A stretch of 59,206 bases of DNA, filler included, from Sphacelaria rigidula (GCA_964200075.2; 9 parts of 9 records of this genome joined end to end with filler, not necessarily neighbours in it), one strand, 5' to 3'; shown: positions 1 to 12,327, numbered from the whole stretch's first letter. Notes: generated by a model from the sequence alone, not told the origin. Numbers and translations are program-made.

Positions 1-457
1 GCACGCGCCACCAACAGCATCTTCACACCCGTCTCCCGTAAGTCGGTTTTGTCATTCAACCTGAGGCGTCACACTGCGATGTTCTGTTGACTGCGAAACT
101 GCAGGATCCACAGTGACGGTTATCGAAATCCAAATTTCTATGGCTCGTAGCAGTTGTCAATAGCCATCAGTAGGTGAAGAAATGTAGCGTTCAGTATGAA
201 AGCGGTGTTTGCGGAGGCGTTTACGAATTCTGACAAAGTGGGACGTACGTACAGAAAAACGGTACGTGATCTGTCCTTGTTTCCCAGCTGCAGTAAGTTG
301 GCCATCGCAGCTAGGTTGCTGCACACACGAGTACAGATACCATCACCAGCAACGAGTAGCATTCATCTAGCAGCGGCCGACTAGTATAAACAGCACAAGT
401 AGGGAGAAGTAGGCACGAATTAGCGTGCTTCGCAGAGGATCGATCGACTTTTACATC

Positions 458-2248
458 ATGTCCGGCATTGGCGGGGGCGCGGCTCAAGCAAGCGGAGATA
501 AACATCTGGCACCACATGGAGACGGCATGGCTAGGGTGGGGGGCGGTGGACCTCCCATAGCCGGCGGCGGGAGCCAAGCACACCAAGGCGGCGAGGGGGT
601 GGCAGGGCATAACAACCCACACGCGGCAGAAGCAGCGGCAGTCGACCAACCTCAGGGCGCACTGCAAGCACCTGTCATGTCGCAGCAGGTGTTCCAGCAG
701 CACATGCTGGCTGCATTGGACCAGTTGACCAACCGCCTGCAGACGGTCGAGAATAACCAGCAGCCGCAGCAGCTACAACTGCCGCAGGCACCCCCACAGC
801 AAACCACCGCTACAGATCGGGAACGGGTGGCAACAACCATCACAGCCGCAGGTTTCAGCAGCTGGCGCGCAAGCGGCGGCACAACGGACTGCAACTGAGC
901 AGGCGGGTATAAAAGCAAATGCCAAACGTGCCATCGACTCGTGGCGGGCCACCACTGGGCCTATGTTTTTTCTCCTAAGGGGGGTCTTTGACGTGAGTGA
1001 AGATCTCACTTTCCACCTACAACAAATCACGCTCAAGAAGGTGGCTCACGTTACGCACGCATCCGCTAACCAGCTTCAAACCCTGACCAATTTCAAGACA
1101 ATGGACGTAAACAAAACGGTGCCACCAGGCCTCACCCCCATGGATATGCCGGCTGATGTGCATTTTCACACGTTTGTCGCGTCCCTGCTTACGGTTTTGC
1201 TCACCCCCATGGAGCACGCTCCCGAGTTATGCAAGGCACGCACGCGCGCCCTTCAGTCGGAGTTCGAATCAGTAGCTAACCAAGTAAGGGAGTATACAGA
1301 TTACCACTACACATCACTGTACCCACATAGAACGATGGTCCGCGACAAGCTTTTAACAGCCATGGACACTGGTATAGAGGAGTTCTTCTACCGGGTGGCA
1401 CTTCAGGCACAACAGCTCCGGAGGACTCACCCGGCCGTAGTTCCGCCGTCGACGACGGGGGAGCCGGTAGCGGCGCCGGCTTTCACAAAACTAAAAGCCC
1501 TCGTAACGAGGACGGGCCCAACTGCATCGTCGAGAAGTCCGCTTTCTGGCCGGTCGGCAAGGCAAAGCCAAACAAGAAACGGAAAGCGACGTCGCAGGCA
1601 GGCCCCCCAGCCCCCCCATCTTCGAGCATCACCACGTGGGCGGGACCCCCGTCGACCTTCGTGCAGCGGAAAGTCCAGTGGCAGACTCCAAAGGACGTTT
1701 GCGTTTACCACTGGCAAAACATACCGTGCACGCGCAACAACTGCAAGTTTCCTCATGATATCGTGTCCCCGCTGGCATCCGGGCAGGCGCAGGCTGCGCC
1801 GACGCCGACAGCGCCGGCGCCGGCCCAGACACCACCACCGATCCCGCCCCCGCAGCCTCCGGCAACCCCGGCACAGCAGGCACCAACTCAAATGCAATAA
1901 GTGCCTGCTCACCAGCACCAGCAATCGGCGCCCGCCCCGGCACCGGTAGCATGGTATTCACACAGCTACGGAGGGCGCGGCGGAGGAAGGGGGGGTAGCG
2001 CCGTTGGCGGGAGAGGAAACGGGAGCGGATGAGGGCGCGGGCTCTGCCCACCGGCAGGGCCGACATTGACAGGAGAAGCGGGTAGCGACGTAAACACGAT
2101 GTTTGCGGGCGCCTCTAGGTCTGTGGGGCTTATCGGGGCACCTTCACCTGGGTCGGTCCCAGCGACCGTGTTCCATGGTGAGAGATGTAGAGAGCAGACA
2201 GAGGTAGCGGTGCCTTGCGACTGGGGTTGTGAACACATGGGGAATTAG
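458..2248 (+). pseudogene. Gag-like ORF1 of the YR retrotransposon with a CCCH zinc finger (frameshifted)
   Basis: ATG at 458. ORF pieces 425-898, 963-~1500 and 1661-1900 can be joined by frameshifts. CVYHWQNIPCTRNNCKFPH (C-x8-C-x4-C-x3-H) is followed by Q/P-rich and RGG-rich tails. Confidence 0.65.
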
Positions 2249-5200
2249 AGTTACGAAGGAAACGGGTATCAGTGTGCCCTCGGCAGTTTGTCACGTCAGG
2301 TCACTCAGGACACGATCGCGTAACCCACCAGATAGCCAAAACCCATTCAGTGTCGCTCTCACAGGCGATCGTCGTAGCGCCGCCGACAACAGTAACCCCT
2401 GGTACAGTAGAACAAGCCACGCCAGTTTAGCATGCAGCAGGGATCAGTTCGTCATTCATGAACATGGAGCCAGTTACCCCTTCAGTGACCGTGGGTCCAG
2501 TTACCCCTTCAGTGAACATGGGGCCAGTTACCCCTTCAGTGACCGTGGGACCAGTTACCCCTTGAGCGATCATGGGGCCAGTTACCCCTTCAGTGACAGT
2601 GGGGCCAGTTACCCCTTGAGCGATCATGGGGCCAGTTACCCCGTAAGTGATCATGGGGCCAGTTACTCCAGCAGCGACCGTGGGGCCAGTTACCCCAGCT
2701 GTGACCGTGGGGCCAGTTACCCCTTAAGTGATCATGGGGCCAGTTACCCCTTCACTGTCCGTGGGACCAGTTACCCCTTAAGTGATGATGGGTCCAGTTA
2801 CCCCAGTAGTGACCGTGGGGCCAGTTACCCCAGTAGTGAACATGGGGCCAGTTACCCCATTTTTGACTATGAGGCCAGTTACCCCTCCAGTGAACACGAC
2901 GACAGGTATTCCACCAGTGATCGTAGGATCAGTTGCGACCTCAGTGAACACACGACCAGTTACCCTTCGCGCGAACCAGGGGCCAGTTACCCCGCTATTA
3001 ATCCCTCAACGGATCAAGGAGCCAGTAGTTCCGCGTCCAGTGTCAGACAGAATACAGGTATAACATGTGTTGGTTTTCAGTCTAGCGGGTCGGCGGCGGT
3101 GCCGCCTCCTAACGGTGGAGATGAGTCGGGACAGTCTGACGCTGAACTAGCAGCACTGTGGTACTCAGAAAAAGGAGAGTTGGAAAGTTCAGGTATCACA
3201 GTCAAGAAAAAGGAAGACATACTGTACAGACTCGCAAATATCTGCACGCGCATCACAGAAGAACACGGTGGACGTATTGGGGATGTCGCGAGGTCTATCG
3301 GGGGACCGCTGGTCACGCCGCCGGTAGACCCGCACGAGATCAGGAAGTATTTCGGGGAGAACAAGGGTTTCCTGCAGACAGACGAACTCGTCACTATCGT
3401 GGGCACAGGTTTCCCCGTCGGCGCGACGGTCACTGCATCCCCCACACAGGGGAACCTCGACTGCGCACTACAGTATGGCAACCACAGTAGCGCCCACGAT
3501 CAACTACCAAACATTTGGGGAAAACTGGGAGATGGTGTACGCAGGGGAAAGTGTCTGATAGTCGAACAGTCGGCCGCCCGGAAAATCCCGAACCTGCGGT
3601 TGTCCCCCCTGGGAGCAGTAACCACACACAAAGTCTGCATAATCAACGGTTTGTCTTCCGACGCGCAACGCACTCGGAAAAGAAAAGGAGGGCTGAACGG
3701 TGACACAAACCCTGAAGACGTGCTGGCCTGTTTATGCGGAGAAGCGCTGCAGAAGTTCCTCAAGGAGCTCATTTCGTTGCGAAAAAAATACCCCGAAAAA
3801 CGCATACTAATGGCAGAGGCAAACGTATCGGATGCGTTCCGTAATGTGAGGATAGATCCAGACCACGCCCATCAATTCGGCTACGTTGTGGACAACCTTA
3901 TCGTGTGTGACTTCCGCCTCACGTTCGGCTGGTCAGGCTCGCCAGGTTTCTGGGGAGTATTGGCATCGGCGGCAGAACACGCCCACTGCAACACAAACAT
4001 TGACAACGCGATTTTACTGCCAGAAGGCAAGGAGATGACAGCGCACGTGAAGATAGTCGATAGGTGGGAAACGGGGGACCCCACACCAATTTCAAACGAT
4101 TCTACGACCGCCCCACACCCAGCAGGAGGCTTACATGATAATTTCTTCACGTCAGTGTACGTCGACGACTACCTGTATATTCGCGTACAGCATTCCCATG
4201 ACGACACGAGTGCATTGATCGCGTCCGTGTCCCTCGCATCCGACTACGTCAGACTCTTCGGCAACGGAGAAGAAGGCGAGACATCTGTTCTAGCCCCCCA
4301 AAAGAGTACAGATTGGGATACCGAGATTGAGGCGTTGGGTCTGACCACTAATTCGCACACTATGCGGGTTTCCGTATGCCGCGAGAAGGTCGAGGCGCTC
4401 CGGCAGACGTTACTAACCGATTGGCCCCCCACTCGACGTTCAGCGACTGCCCGAGAAATATTGAGCCTGGCAGGAAAGCTGTGGAACCTCACATACGCAA
4501 TGCGACCAGCTAAATATTTCGTATGGAGGACTCTGCGACTTGTGGGGCTCCACGGTTCTAGAGCGAGAGACAACCAGAGCCGCATAGTAGAGGTAGGAAA
4601 CGAATTTCACGCCGACCTGAACTTTTGAAAGTGGGCGATCGAGGAAAAACTCCTGCAGCATGGTGAGTCTCTGAGTGCACCCTGCTACTCCATAGGAAAG
4701 CGACCTGCCCACCGACACTACCTCTCGGACGCAAGCTTCGAAGCCGTAGGCGGCTACTGCCCAGAAAAAAAAAGTACTGGAGATACGACTCACCACCGGA
4801 ACTTACCGCAGAACTAAAAGGAAAAGCTCAACTTCGCGAAACATGCACGATCACCATTCACCTCTTGGAACTCCTGGGGATGGTGGTCACCGCTTGGGTC
4901 ATGCTTGAATTGGTGAACGACAAACCCGAAAATCAGGGCGACCCAATCTTAATGCGCGGGACAACGTAGCGGCAGTCACGTGGGTCAACCGGTGCGGGGG
5001 TGCAAAAGATAAACGCGCAGGATTACTCATGAGAACCCTCAGGAGGCTGGAAATCACGGGGGGGTGGAGCCACGATGCAAAACACATTCAAGGGATTCAA
5101 AACGTACTCGTGGCTGGAATTTCATGCTGACCACGGGCGGAGCTAGCCAGACGAGTAAGGGAGCACTCCCACGACAGTAACTGGTCAGAACAAGTCATCG

Positions 5201-5300
5201 GTCCACGGGGGGAGAGCATCTTCCACACCATCCTAAAAACCAAGAATATCACCGTCCGACACGACAAAACACTATGGTCGCGCATGACGGAACCCAGTTG
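2229..5300 (+). pseudogene. Reverse transcriptase - RNase H (DIRS/Ngaro type), disrupted
   Basis: 799-aa ORF with SPLGAV, NVSDAFRNV, LTFGWSGSPGFW, VYVDDY and LGL motifs. A TGA at 4626-4628 is followed in frame by HYLSDASFEAVGGY. Further frameshifted RNase H motifs follow: TIHLLELLGMV, NVAAVTWVN, HIQGIQN. Confidence 0.9.
2463..3002 (+). repeat. ~20 x 27-bp tandem repeat (core GGGGCCAGTTACCCC) encoding [HR]GASYPxS[DE] units
   Basis: Directly visible, e.g. catggggccagttaccccttcagtgac repeated. Translation is HGASYPFSD RGSSYPFSE HGASYPFSD and so on, decaying toward 3002. Confidence 0.95.
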
Positions 5301-5627
5301 ACGACGTAATACTCGAACAACGAAACAAAAGTACCGTCATCGAAAACAAGCACAACCCAGGCATGAGTATATATAAGATACCTATACATCGGGTACTCAG
5401 TCACGCACAGTACATATAAAAATGACTACCACCCCTACATACGATAGAGATGGTCATGGGGTCACTGGATAAGACATCAAGCCACCCTCCAACCTCACCC
5501 CCCCCTCCCCTGAACGTGACTATGGCATGCATGATCATGAGTACACCCCCCCCCCCCCCTGAACGCAGGAACAGGAGAAACCGGGGGGCACAGGAGGGAG
5601 GAAGTAGCGCGCTTAGTTCGAGCGCTG

Positions 5628-6430
5628 GTGCTGGGGGGTGTTGGGGGTAGCACCCACAGGACGTATAAAGCGCGTTTTGAAGTGTGGGGGAAAATGCGCT
5701 ATGCACAGGGAAAATCACCCTGGTTGACTAGAAACGATGAACCGGACGACGTGATCAATGCATTGACCGAGTTCATGGCTATGCGATGTTTCGTGCACAA
5801 CAACCAACACTCCACCATAAAAGGTTACCTCGCCGCCATCAAATAGTTTCATAAAGTGTATGTCGGATGGGACTTACCTCCAACGCACGGCAGGATTAGG
5901 GCTGTAGGAAAAGGGATCGATAGAGCTCACGCATCGACTCAAGGGAAACCGCACATCAGGCCGCCGTTGACTTGGGCTTTGCTAAAACAAGGGCGAAAGA
6001 CAACAACCGAGGACCCGGACGGGGGTCATGTCATGTGGCTTGATCTCGCGCTCTCGTATTTTTTGCTGTGCAGGGCATCCGAGTTGTGGGCGTACCCCAA
6101 CGGTACTGTCCACCCAGAATTCTGCTTAACCCACAATTGCATCAGTTTTTTTCGGGAAGACGTACAGTTAGATTTCGCGAACCGCGCGTTCGCGAACCAA
6201 GTGAAGATTCACTTCGTTGTCTCCAATTCCGATCAAAAAAGGACAGGCTGCATCATTACGAGAACAAGGATCGTTGATTCGGTGCGATCGGGCGGAGTAC
6301 CGGGCAAACGCGTTCGAGGCGCTGTTGGGCTTGTTGGACGTGCACCCACAACTGCCAGGCCACGCACCCCTGACCACGAGAGCCACGCCGATGGGATGGA
6401 AGGCTTTTACTCGGATTGAAGCTGTGACGC
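5628..6430 (+). pseudogene. Tyrosine recombinase of the YR retrotransposon (N-terminal domain plus box I; C-terminal box II missing)
   Basis: ALTEFMA..TIKGYLAAIK; GKGIDRAH..RPPLTW..LALSYFLLCRASEL (catalytic Arg motif); SDQKRTG. Stop at 5844-5846 and frameshift near 6300. No HSxRxGGA/Y before the contig end. Confidence 0.85.
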
Positions 6431-6490
6431 TAGCAGGTCTGCTAGTACTGCAGCGTCTAAATGCTGTTGAGGGACTCCCCAGCTCTTCTG

Positions 6491-6590
6491 NNNNNNNNNN
6501 NNNNNNNNNNNNNNNNNNNNNNNNNNNNNNNNNNTTAATTAATTAANNNNNNNNNNNNNNNNNNNNNNNNNNNNNNNNNNNNNNNNNNNN
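6491..6590. other. Artificial contig linker (N44-TTAATTAATTAA-N44); same linker at 13081-13180, 19671-19770, 26261-26360, 32851-32950, 39440-39539, 46029-46128, 52618-52717
   Basis: Identical 100-bp N-flanked spacer with stops in all six frames, placed between near equal-length segments. Confidence 0.98.
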
Positions 6591-6799
6591 CGATGCCCAA
6601 TTTTTGGCATCCAAAAGTCAATGTGATGAGCGGTGGCAAGCAAAACAAATTTGGACAATCCCTGAGAAACTAAGAAATTACAGATTCTGCATACTTCTGA
6701 CGCTGACTACTGTCCCGCCTACGATACATCGGTAGCGTCGGTAGTACACTCTCCGACAACCCCCAACTTCTAGAAGTTGCACCAGTTCCCCGAAATGGC

Positions 6800-8020
6800 A
6801 TGCCAGCACTTACGGGCCATTATCTTGCCGAAATGTTACCCCGTATTGACGCACCAGCCGACACAGAACATTTTGTGTCGGCGGGACAACAACTCCTCCC
6901 TCTCACGGGTCATGTTAACTTGGAGCCCGGCGATGTTTTAGGAATCGCCGCTGCTCCCTTGATGCACACCCCACTCGAGACGTGCGTAACAGAGCCTGCC
7001 GCGCCAAACACCACATCTCCGGCGGAGTCAGTCCATTGTGTCGATGAACCTTATTTCGACCTCGCCTCTACGACTCCACCCCAGGTTCACACCGTGAATC
7101 CTGCCCAGTCAAATTCCGATCCTCCTGCTGGAGTGCTTCAACGCTTATCACCAGATTCTCGGAATATTTTCTTGCACATGTGGAACCAACTGCCGCCACA
7201 CATGCGCGACGTCAATTTTGACCTTCAGGGTCCCAGCTGGGAACCGGCAGTCATCCAAGAACTCAGTGATGTCCTGCTACAGTACCAAGATCGATTTTCA
7301 CGATCCAAGACGGATCTTGAGCATTGCAAAACGCTGCCCTTCGAGGTTACCCTCCAACCCGGCGTCTCGCCGATTTCCTCTCGGCCATACCGAACAAACC
7401 CGATCCTTCCCAAGAAAGTTCACGACATCTTGGATGCGTCTTTGGGAGCGGGATCAATTCAACATTCCTCCTCTCCTTGGTCCTCGCCACTTGTGGTCGT
7501 CCCCGGAAAGGATGGAAACATACGCATAACCGTGAATTATCAACGGTTGAACCGCGTCACTGTAGTCGGTAAACTTCCAATTCCCCGCATTGATGAAGTC
7601 TTCGACTCCTTAGACAAAGGAAAAATATTCAGCACCCTCGACCTCGCTTCTGGATTCTTTCAGAATGCTATACACTCTGACACAGCCCCACTGACGGCTT
7701 TTTGTACCTCGTCCGGACTCTATGAGTGGCTTCGAATGCCTCAAGGCGCCGCCACTGCCCCGGGATGCTTTCAACGCTTCATTCAACGCGTCACCGAGGG
7801 CCTCGAGCACATCATCATGTACCTGGATGACGCTATCGCTTTCGATGCCACATCTAGTGCACATATACGCACTATACTAGGATTTCTCTTTCGCCTACGC
7901 ACGCACGATTTGAAACTGTCGCCATCCAGAGCTCGCTCTGGTGCGACTGACTTGGATTTCTTGGGGCATTCCATTTCACCAGTAGGCCTGCACCGGATAC
8001 AAACAAAGTCAAAGCGATGA
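6800..8020 (+). pseudogene. Ty3/Gypsy reverse transcriptase (frameshifted at 3' end)
   Basis: RPYR, SSSPWSSPLVVV, NYQRLN, PIPRIDE, FSTLDLASGFFQ, TAF..GLYEWLRMPQG, YLDD, FLGH. Confidence 0.95.
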
Positions 8021-8645
8021 ATAACTTGCTGACGCCAACTAACATCTCTCAACTTCGCCCATTTTTGGGCGGACTATCCTACTACCGCAAATTTCTGCCG
8101 AATTTATCGAAACGGATTCGCCCGCTTACTGAGTTACTCAAGAAAGGAGCCGTGTGTTTCTTCACAACCAAAATGGAGGATATCACCAGCGAATTACTCA
8201 AGACGCTTACCGAAAAGCCGGTACTCTGCTTTCCTCCTATTCGGGAGGCAGTGAAAGATGGCTCCCGCCTTTTCCAACTCCACACTGACGCCAGCACAAA
8301 CGGATTTGGAGGAGTTTTGAATCAACCTCAGGTTGATGGCTCCGTCCGACCCATCCTCTATATCAGCCGCGCTACCCTGCCTAACGAGGCCGATTGGCGC
8401 CCGCTAGAACTAGAAGGCGGAGTAATCACTTGGGCCATTAAGCGCCTTCGACATAACCTGTTTCACGTGCCCTTTGAAATCTATACGGATCACGGAGCAC
8501 TCGAACAACTCGCCAAGGTTGGCGAACACAACCCGCGAGTACAGCGATGGTTGGAGTTTCTAACAGCATATCAGTATATCATTAAGCACCGTCCAGGCAA
8601 AACCAACGGGAACGCTGATCTTCTTTCTCGCCCACCCCTGCCGCC
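8017..8645 (+). pseudogene. Gypsy RT connection plus RNase H
   Basis: FLGGLSYYRKF, LHTDASTNGFGGVL, ELE..ITWAI, YTDHGAL, RVQRW, HRPGKTNGNADLLSR. Confidence 0.9.
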
Positions 8646-9499
8646 TACGGCCGCAGATTCCAGCCCGGCTTGCCGTTTAATGGAATTCGATGAACCCGGA
8701 ATTTACGAGATTGGACGTTTTTCAACACTCGTTTACGCCCTCGACCTCCAGTGCCCGGAAACCAGTATGCATATGGGGGGACCTCGCCCTCTACCATATG
8801 ACGCCGTCTTGGGTAGGTTAAAGCCCACTACCTCCGATTCTGTCGATTTCCGGACTTTCGGTATTCGCGCGAAACTCTTCGCGGAGACACCTCCAGTCAC
8901 CCACCTCATCTCCGACAACACGCGCCCCCGGTCTGCCGCCTGCACCACCCCGAGTGCCCCGCCGCCACGGATAACACCTGCAACGTGCACCGCGCGCCGC
9001 GGACAATCTTCGCCGCGCGCTATTACAGCCCCGCCGCCCATAACGGCGCCGCAAACATCTACTGCTCCCGAGCACGGAACTGACGACGCGTCTCCTGCTC
9101 CCGGGACAGACATTGACGTCGGCATTTCTGCCCCGTCGCCTATTCCCCCGCCGCCTGGCCCACAATGTTTGGTCGGCTCGCCAGCGGAAGGTCAACTACG
9201 CGAGTATCTCGCCAGCTACTCCCACCGCGATTGGGCTCGCGAACAAAACGCAGAACCGCTATGTCGCGCAGCCATCCGGTACCTAAAACTTGACTGTCCA
9301 GTCCCTGTTCTATCCACACTTCTGGCCCCGGTTGACACACTGCCACCACCAGTTATTTCTGACGTATACGAGCTCGTGGGTAAAGGCACCCTTTTTACTA
9401 CGGATGAAGGTGTGCATCTACTCGTGCGTCGGTCCACGCCTTTGAGAAGAGCAATTTCCGCCTCAACCATGGGACGCCACGCACGACTACTCGATGACG

Positions 9500-11240
9500 A
9501 ACCAACGCGCATATATGCGTCATCATTAATGCACCCCTGGGTCATGAAAGACTGCCATACAGACTTGTCATGTCACCTTGGCGTCACCCGCACCCTCGCG
9601 CCCTTGGAACGCTTCTACTGGTGGATTGGCATGGAAATATCAACCCGCTTCTGGATTCGGCGATGCTTAAATACCACGCCCGAAAAACTTCACGACAGAC
9701 AGTACGCTAGCCTGTCATCTCTATGGGACTCCCAGACGAGCCCGGCCACCTTGTGTTCTTTGACTACTTTGGCCCTTTACCGACCACAGGTCGCGGCAAG
9801 ACCTACATCTTACTCTTCACTGACCGCTTTAGCCGCCACGCGTCTATGTACGCGGTAACCGCCGCAGATTTCACTGCCGCCGGAACGGCCGACATATTGG
9901 TACACGGTTTTATTAAGCACTACGGTTGCCCAAAGCGACTCCTTTCAGACAGTGGTCAGCAACTTTGCTCAGACCTCTCTAATGAGTTTTAACTGCTCCT
10001 GGGCATCCGCAAAATTGCCACGAGCGCCTACCACCCGAACGGTAACGGTGGTACCGAAAGATTTAATCACACCGAGTCATGCTACGATAGGGGGGGGTAT
10101 TTTTGGCCGGTTTCTTCCACGAAATTCTACTTGCAATCGTCGTTGATAGCAGCAACGGTAGTTCGAACGCGCTTGCTTCTAATTTATAACGCTCATTTAT
10201 ACTGTTTGCCATCGCTTTTACCCAAATACAAGCGCATCGCGAGTGTGTGGGGTCATCTGACGCACCTATGAGCCATTGTTTTCGTACCCCCTCCCCCCTA
10301 TCGTAGCATGACTCCACCATGGCTCAGATGCTCTCTATGGTTGTCAATGACCGCCAAAATGACTGGGACCTACACCTCTCGCATATCATGTTGTCCTACA
10401 ACAACTCGGTTAGCGCCGCCACAGTCCTTAACTCCATCTTGGACGTTACCCTCGGCTGCCCATCACCGTGTTTGAGCGCCACACGTTCGATGGCCACAAA
10501 GGACTGGATCAGGATCAGATATCCTACCACGAGCTAGCGCATGCACGACAACGCAAAGCGTTTACCCTCGTGCGCGAACCATACGCTATCAACGCCTCGC
10601 GCTTAAAGAGATCTAACACTGCTCTCTACAACCTCATGCACAAACGCCCTAACTGGAAAGTTGGTGATTGGGTTTGGATCTGCAACAGTTTGTTGACCAC
10701 CCGCCAAGACACCAGCAAGGTAGCCAACGAAACAGTTCTGAAGACAAAATTGTCCCTCAATTGGACAGGATCATTCAAGACCCTCACAGTCGGGCCATCG
10801 TCATCATGACCGGATGATAAACCCGTTGGTGACGAACTGCTCTATCTCGACTTGCCTTCCAGGGCGAGGACATCAAACCCCGCGTCTCCGTGCACAGATG
10901 CAAACCCTGCACGAACCCGCATGATACAAGTGAAATTACCAAATACCTGCCTGCCGGACTCACACAGTATGCTCTCAACAGCTACTCGACCAAGTCCCCG
11001 CCCTACCACGTTATAACCGCCGGCGTGATGGAACAACCCCTTCGATTGACCGTGTCCACCATCTCCGGCCATCAGACAACCCGTGGTCGAGGTGGCAAAA
11101 TCACTGTCATTTATGAGGCACACTGGCACGGGCTTCGGAGAGCGTCTTGGGAACGCAAATCCGACCTGCAACTGCACCGCCGTGCAATCCTCCTGTACTG
11201 GACGCAATCCCATCATCAGTATCTTGCTCACAACAAGTAA
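9500..11240 (+). pseudogene. Gypsy integrase (HHCC, DDE core, GPF/Y-like region) with C-terminal chromodomain; frameshifted and MITE-interrupted
   Basis: CHTDLSCHLG..YWW..IRRC; DYFGPLP, TDRFSRH, LSDSG, SAYHPNGNGGTERFNHT|MAQML, DWDLHL, WTGSF. Chromodomain-like VSTISGHQ..IYEAHWHG..ASWER at ~11050-11170. Confidence 0.88.
10074..10314. mobile_element. 241-bp MITE with 22-bp perfect TIRs and 4-bp TSD (CACC); Sola-like termini
   Basis: Left end GAGTCATGCTACGATAGGGGGG and right end CCCCCCTATCGTAGCATGACTC. CACC at 10070-10073 and 10315-10318. Removing the insert restores ERFNHTMAQML. Confidence 0.93.
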
Positions 11241-12327
11241 TATCGCAACACGCGACGTGGCGCAGCAACCCGCGAACTTCATCGCGACCAGGTACTACGC
11301 TTCGTCGCCGATGGTTACGAACTTGTACTCACCAAGACTTGTAAGACGACGTTCTTCGCAAACCAGCGATTCCTGCCCAAGGACAGCTACCTTTGGTTCA
11401 AAGGCAGCGACAACCTCTGATGGTTGGGTCAGACCCACTCCGCTGACCTGGTTTCGCCCGACACATACATCGTGCGCTTCATCGATGACCCTGGACCCAT
11501 ACAGCTTGAGCTCCGGCCAGCACTATACATCACCAGCCGATCTGCACCACGCGGATCCTGGTGTCTCCAGCGTCTTAAGTCCAATAGACTTCGTCGCGGT
11601 CTCTAGCGCAACATCGACCACACCCACGACGTCCACGCCACGCTTTGAGCCACTCTTTTTTGTCGCGACTGTTGCCCCACCCCTACTTTGTTTCCATAAG
11701 CACTGTCTGCCCTCCCTTCTCCACCAGGACCCTCTTCTACGACATCACAACCGCGCGACCTACATCGGACGACGATCAAGAATTGCTGAGACGACCACCA
11801 TCTACAACTGCTGGAGCTATAGTATCCCCTTGCGGCTGGCGCTCGATCTTGTTGGATCACCGATTTTCAGATTTCTGATCTTGCCGTTTTTTGCACCTTT
11901 GGATTCCCCCAGGTTGAAGCTCTGCTGCCTGTTTTACCTTTGGATTTCCCCAGATTAGAGCTTTGCTCCCTGTTGTACCTCCCTGTTTTCCCCCCTTAAT
12001 TTTGCTAGGACGCCAAAGCAATGTGTGCTTCTTCGTTGATCGCTAGCACGCAGAAGCAGTTAGTTTGTGTTTCTGCGTTTTGGAGCAATTTTTTTTTCTG
12101 CTCCTCGATGCAGTCTATGCTTCCCTTCTTTTGAGGTGTGGGAGTGGGTACAGGAGTGTTGGTACGGGAGTGTTCCCTTAGAACGCTTTTCAGTTCGGTA
12201 CGGGAGTGTTTCCCTAGGTGTGCTGTACTAGCCGCTCATGACTTTATGAATAACGAAAAGCCTTAGTTTTCGCTGCTTTAAGGATGAATCCTCGCAGCTG
12301 TAAGAAAGGTTCGTCTGGGCGGGTTAG

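Larger units (their letters stand above)
458..6430 (+). mobile_element. Decayed tyrosine-recombinase retrotransposon (Ngaro/DIRS group): gag - RT/RNase H - YR, 3' truncated
   Basis: Co-oriented gag (CCCH finger), DIRS-type RT (YVDD), RNase H (SDAS..LELL..DN) and tyrosine recombinase (LSYFLLCRASE). Multiple stops and frameshifts. Terminal repeats not visible in the contig. Confidence 0.9.

Noticed and set aside
2463..3002. CRISPR array (palindromic repeat plus variable spacer next to an RT)
   Set aside because: The 12-nt variable parts are related to each other and too short for spacers. The context is a eukaryotic retroelement and there are no cas genes.
6535..6546. TTAATTAATTAA as a biological motif, and ORFs ending in XXXLIN
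   Set aside because: This is an assembly linker with six-frame stops.
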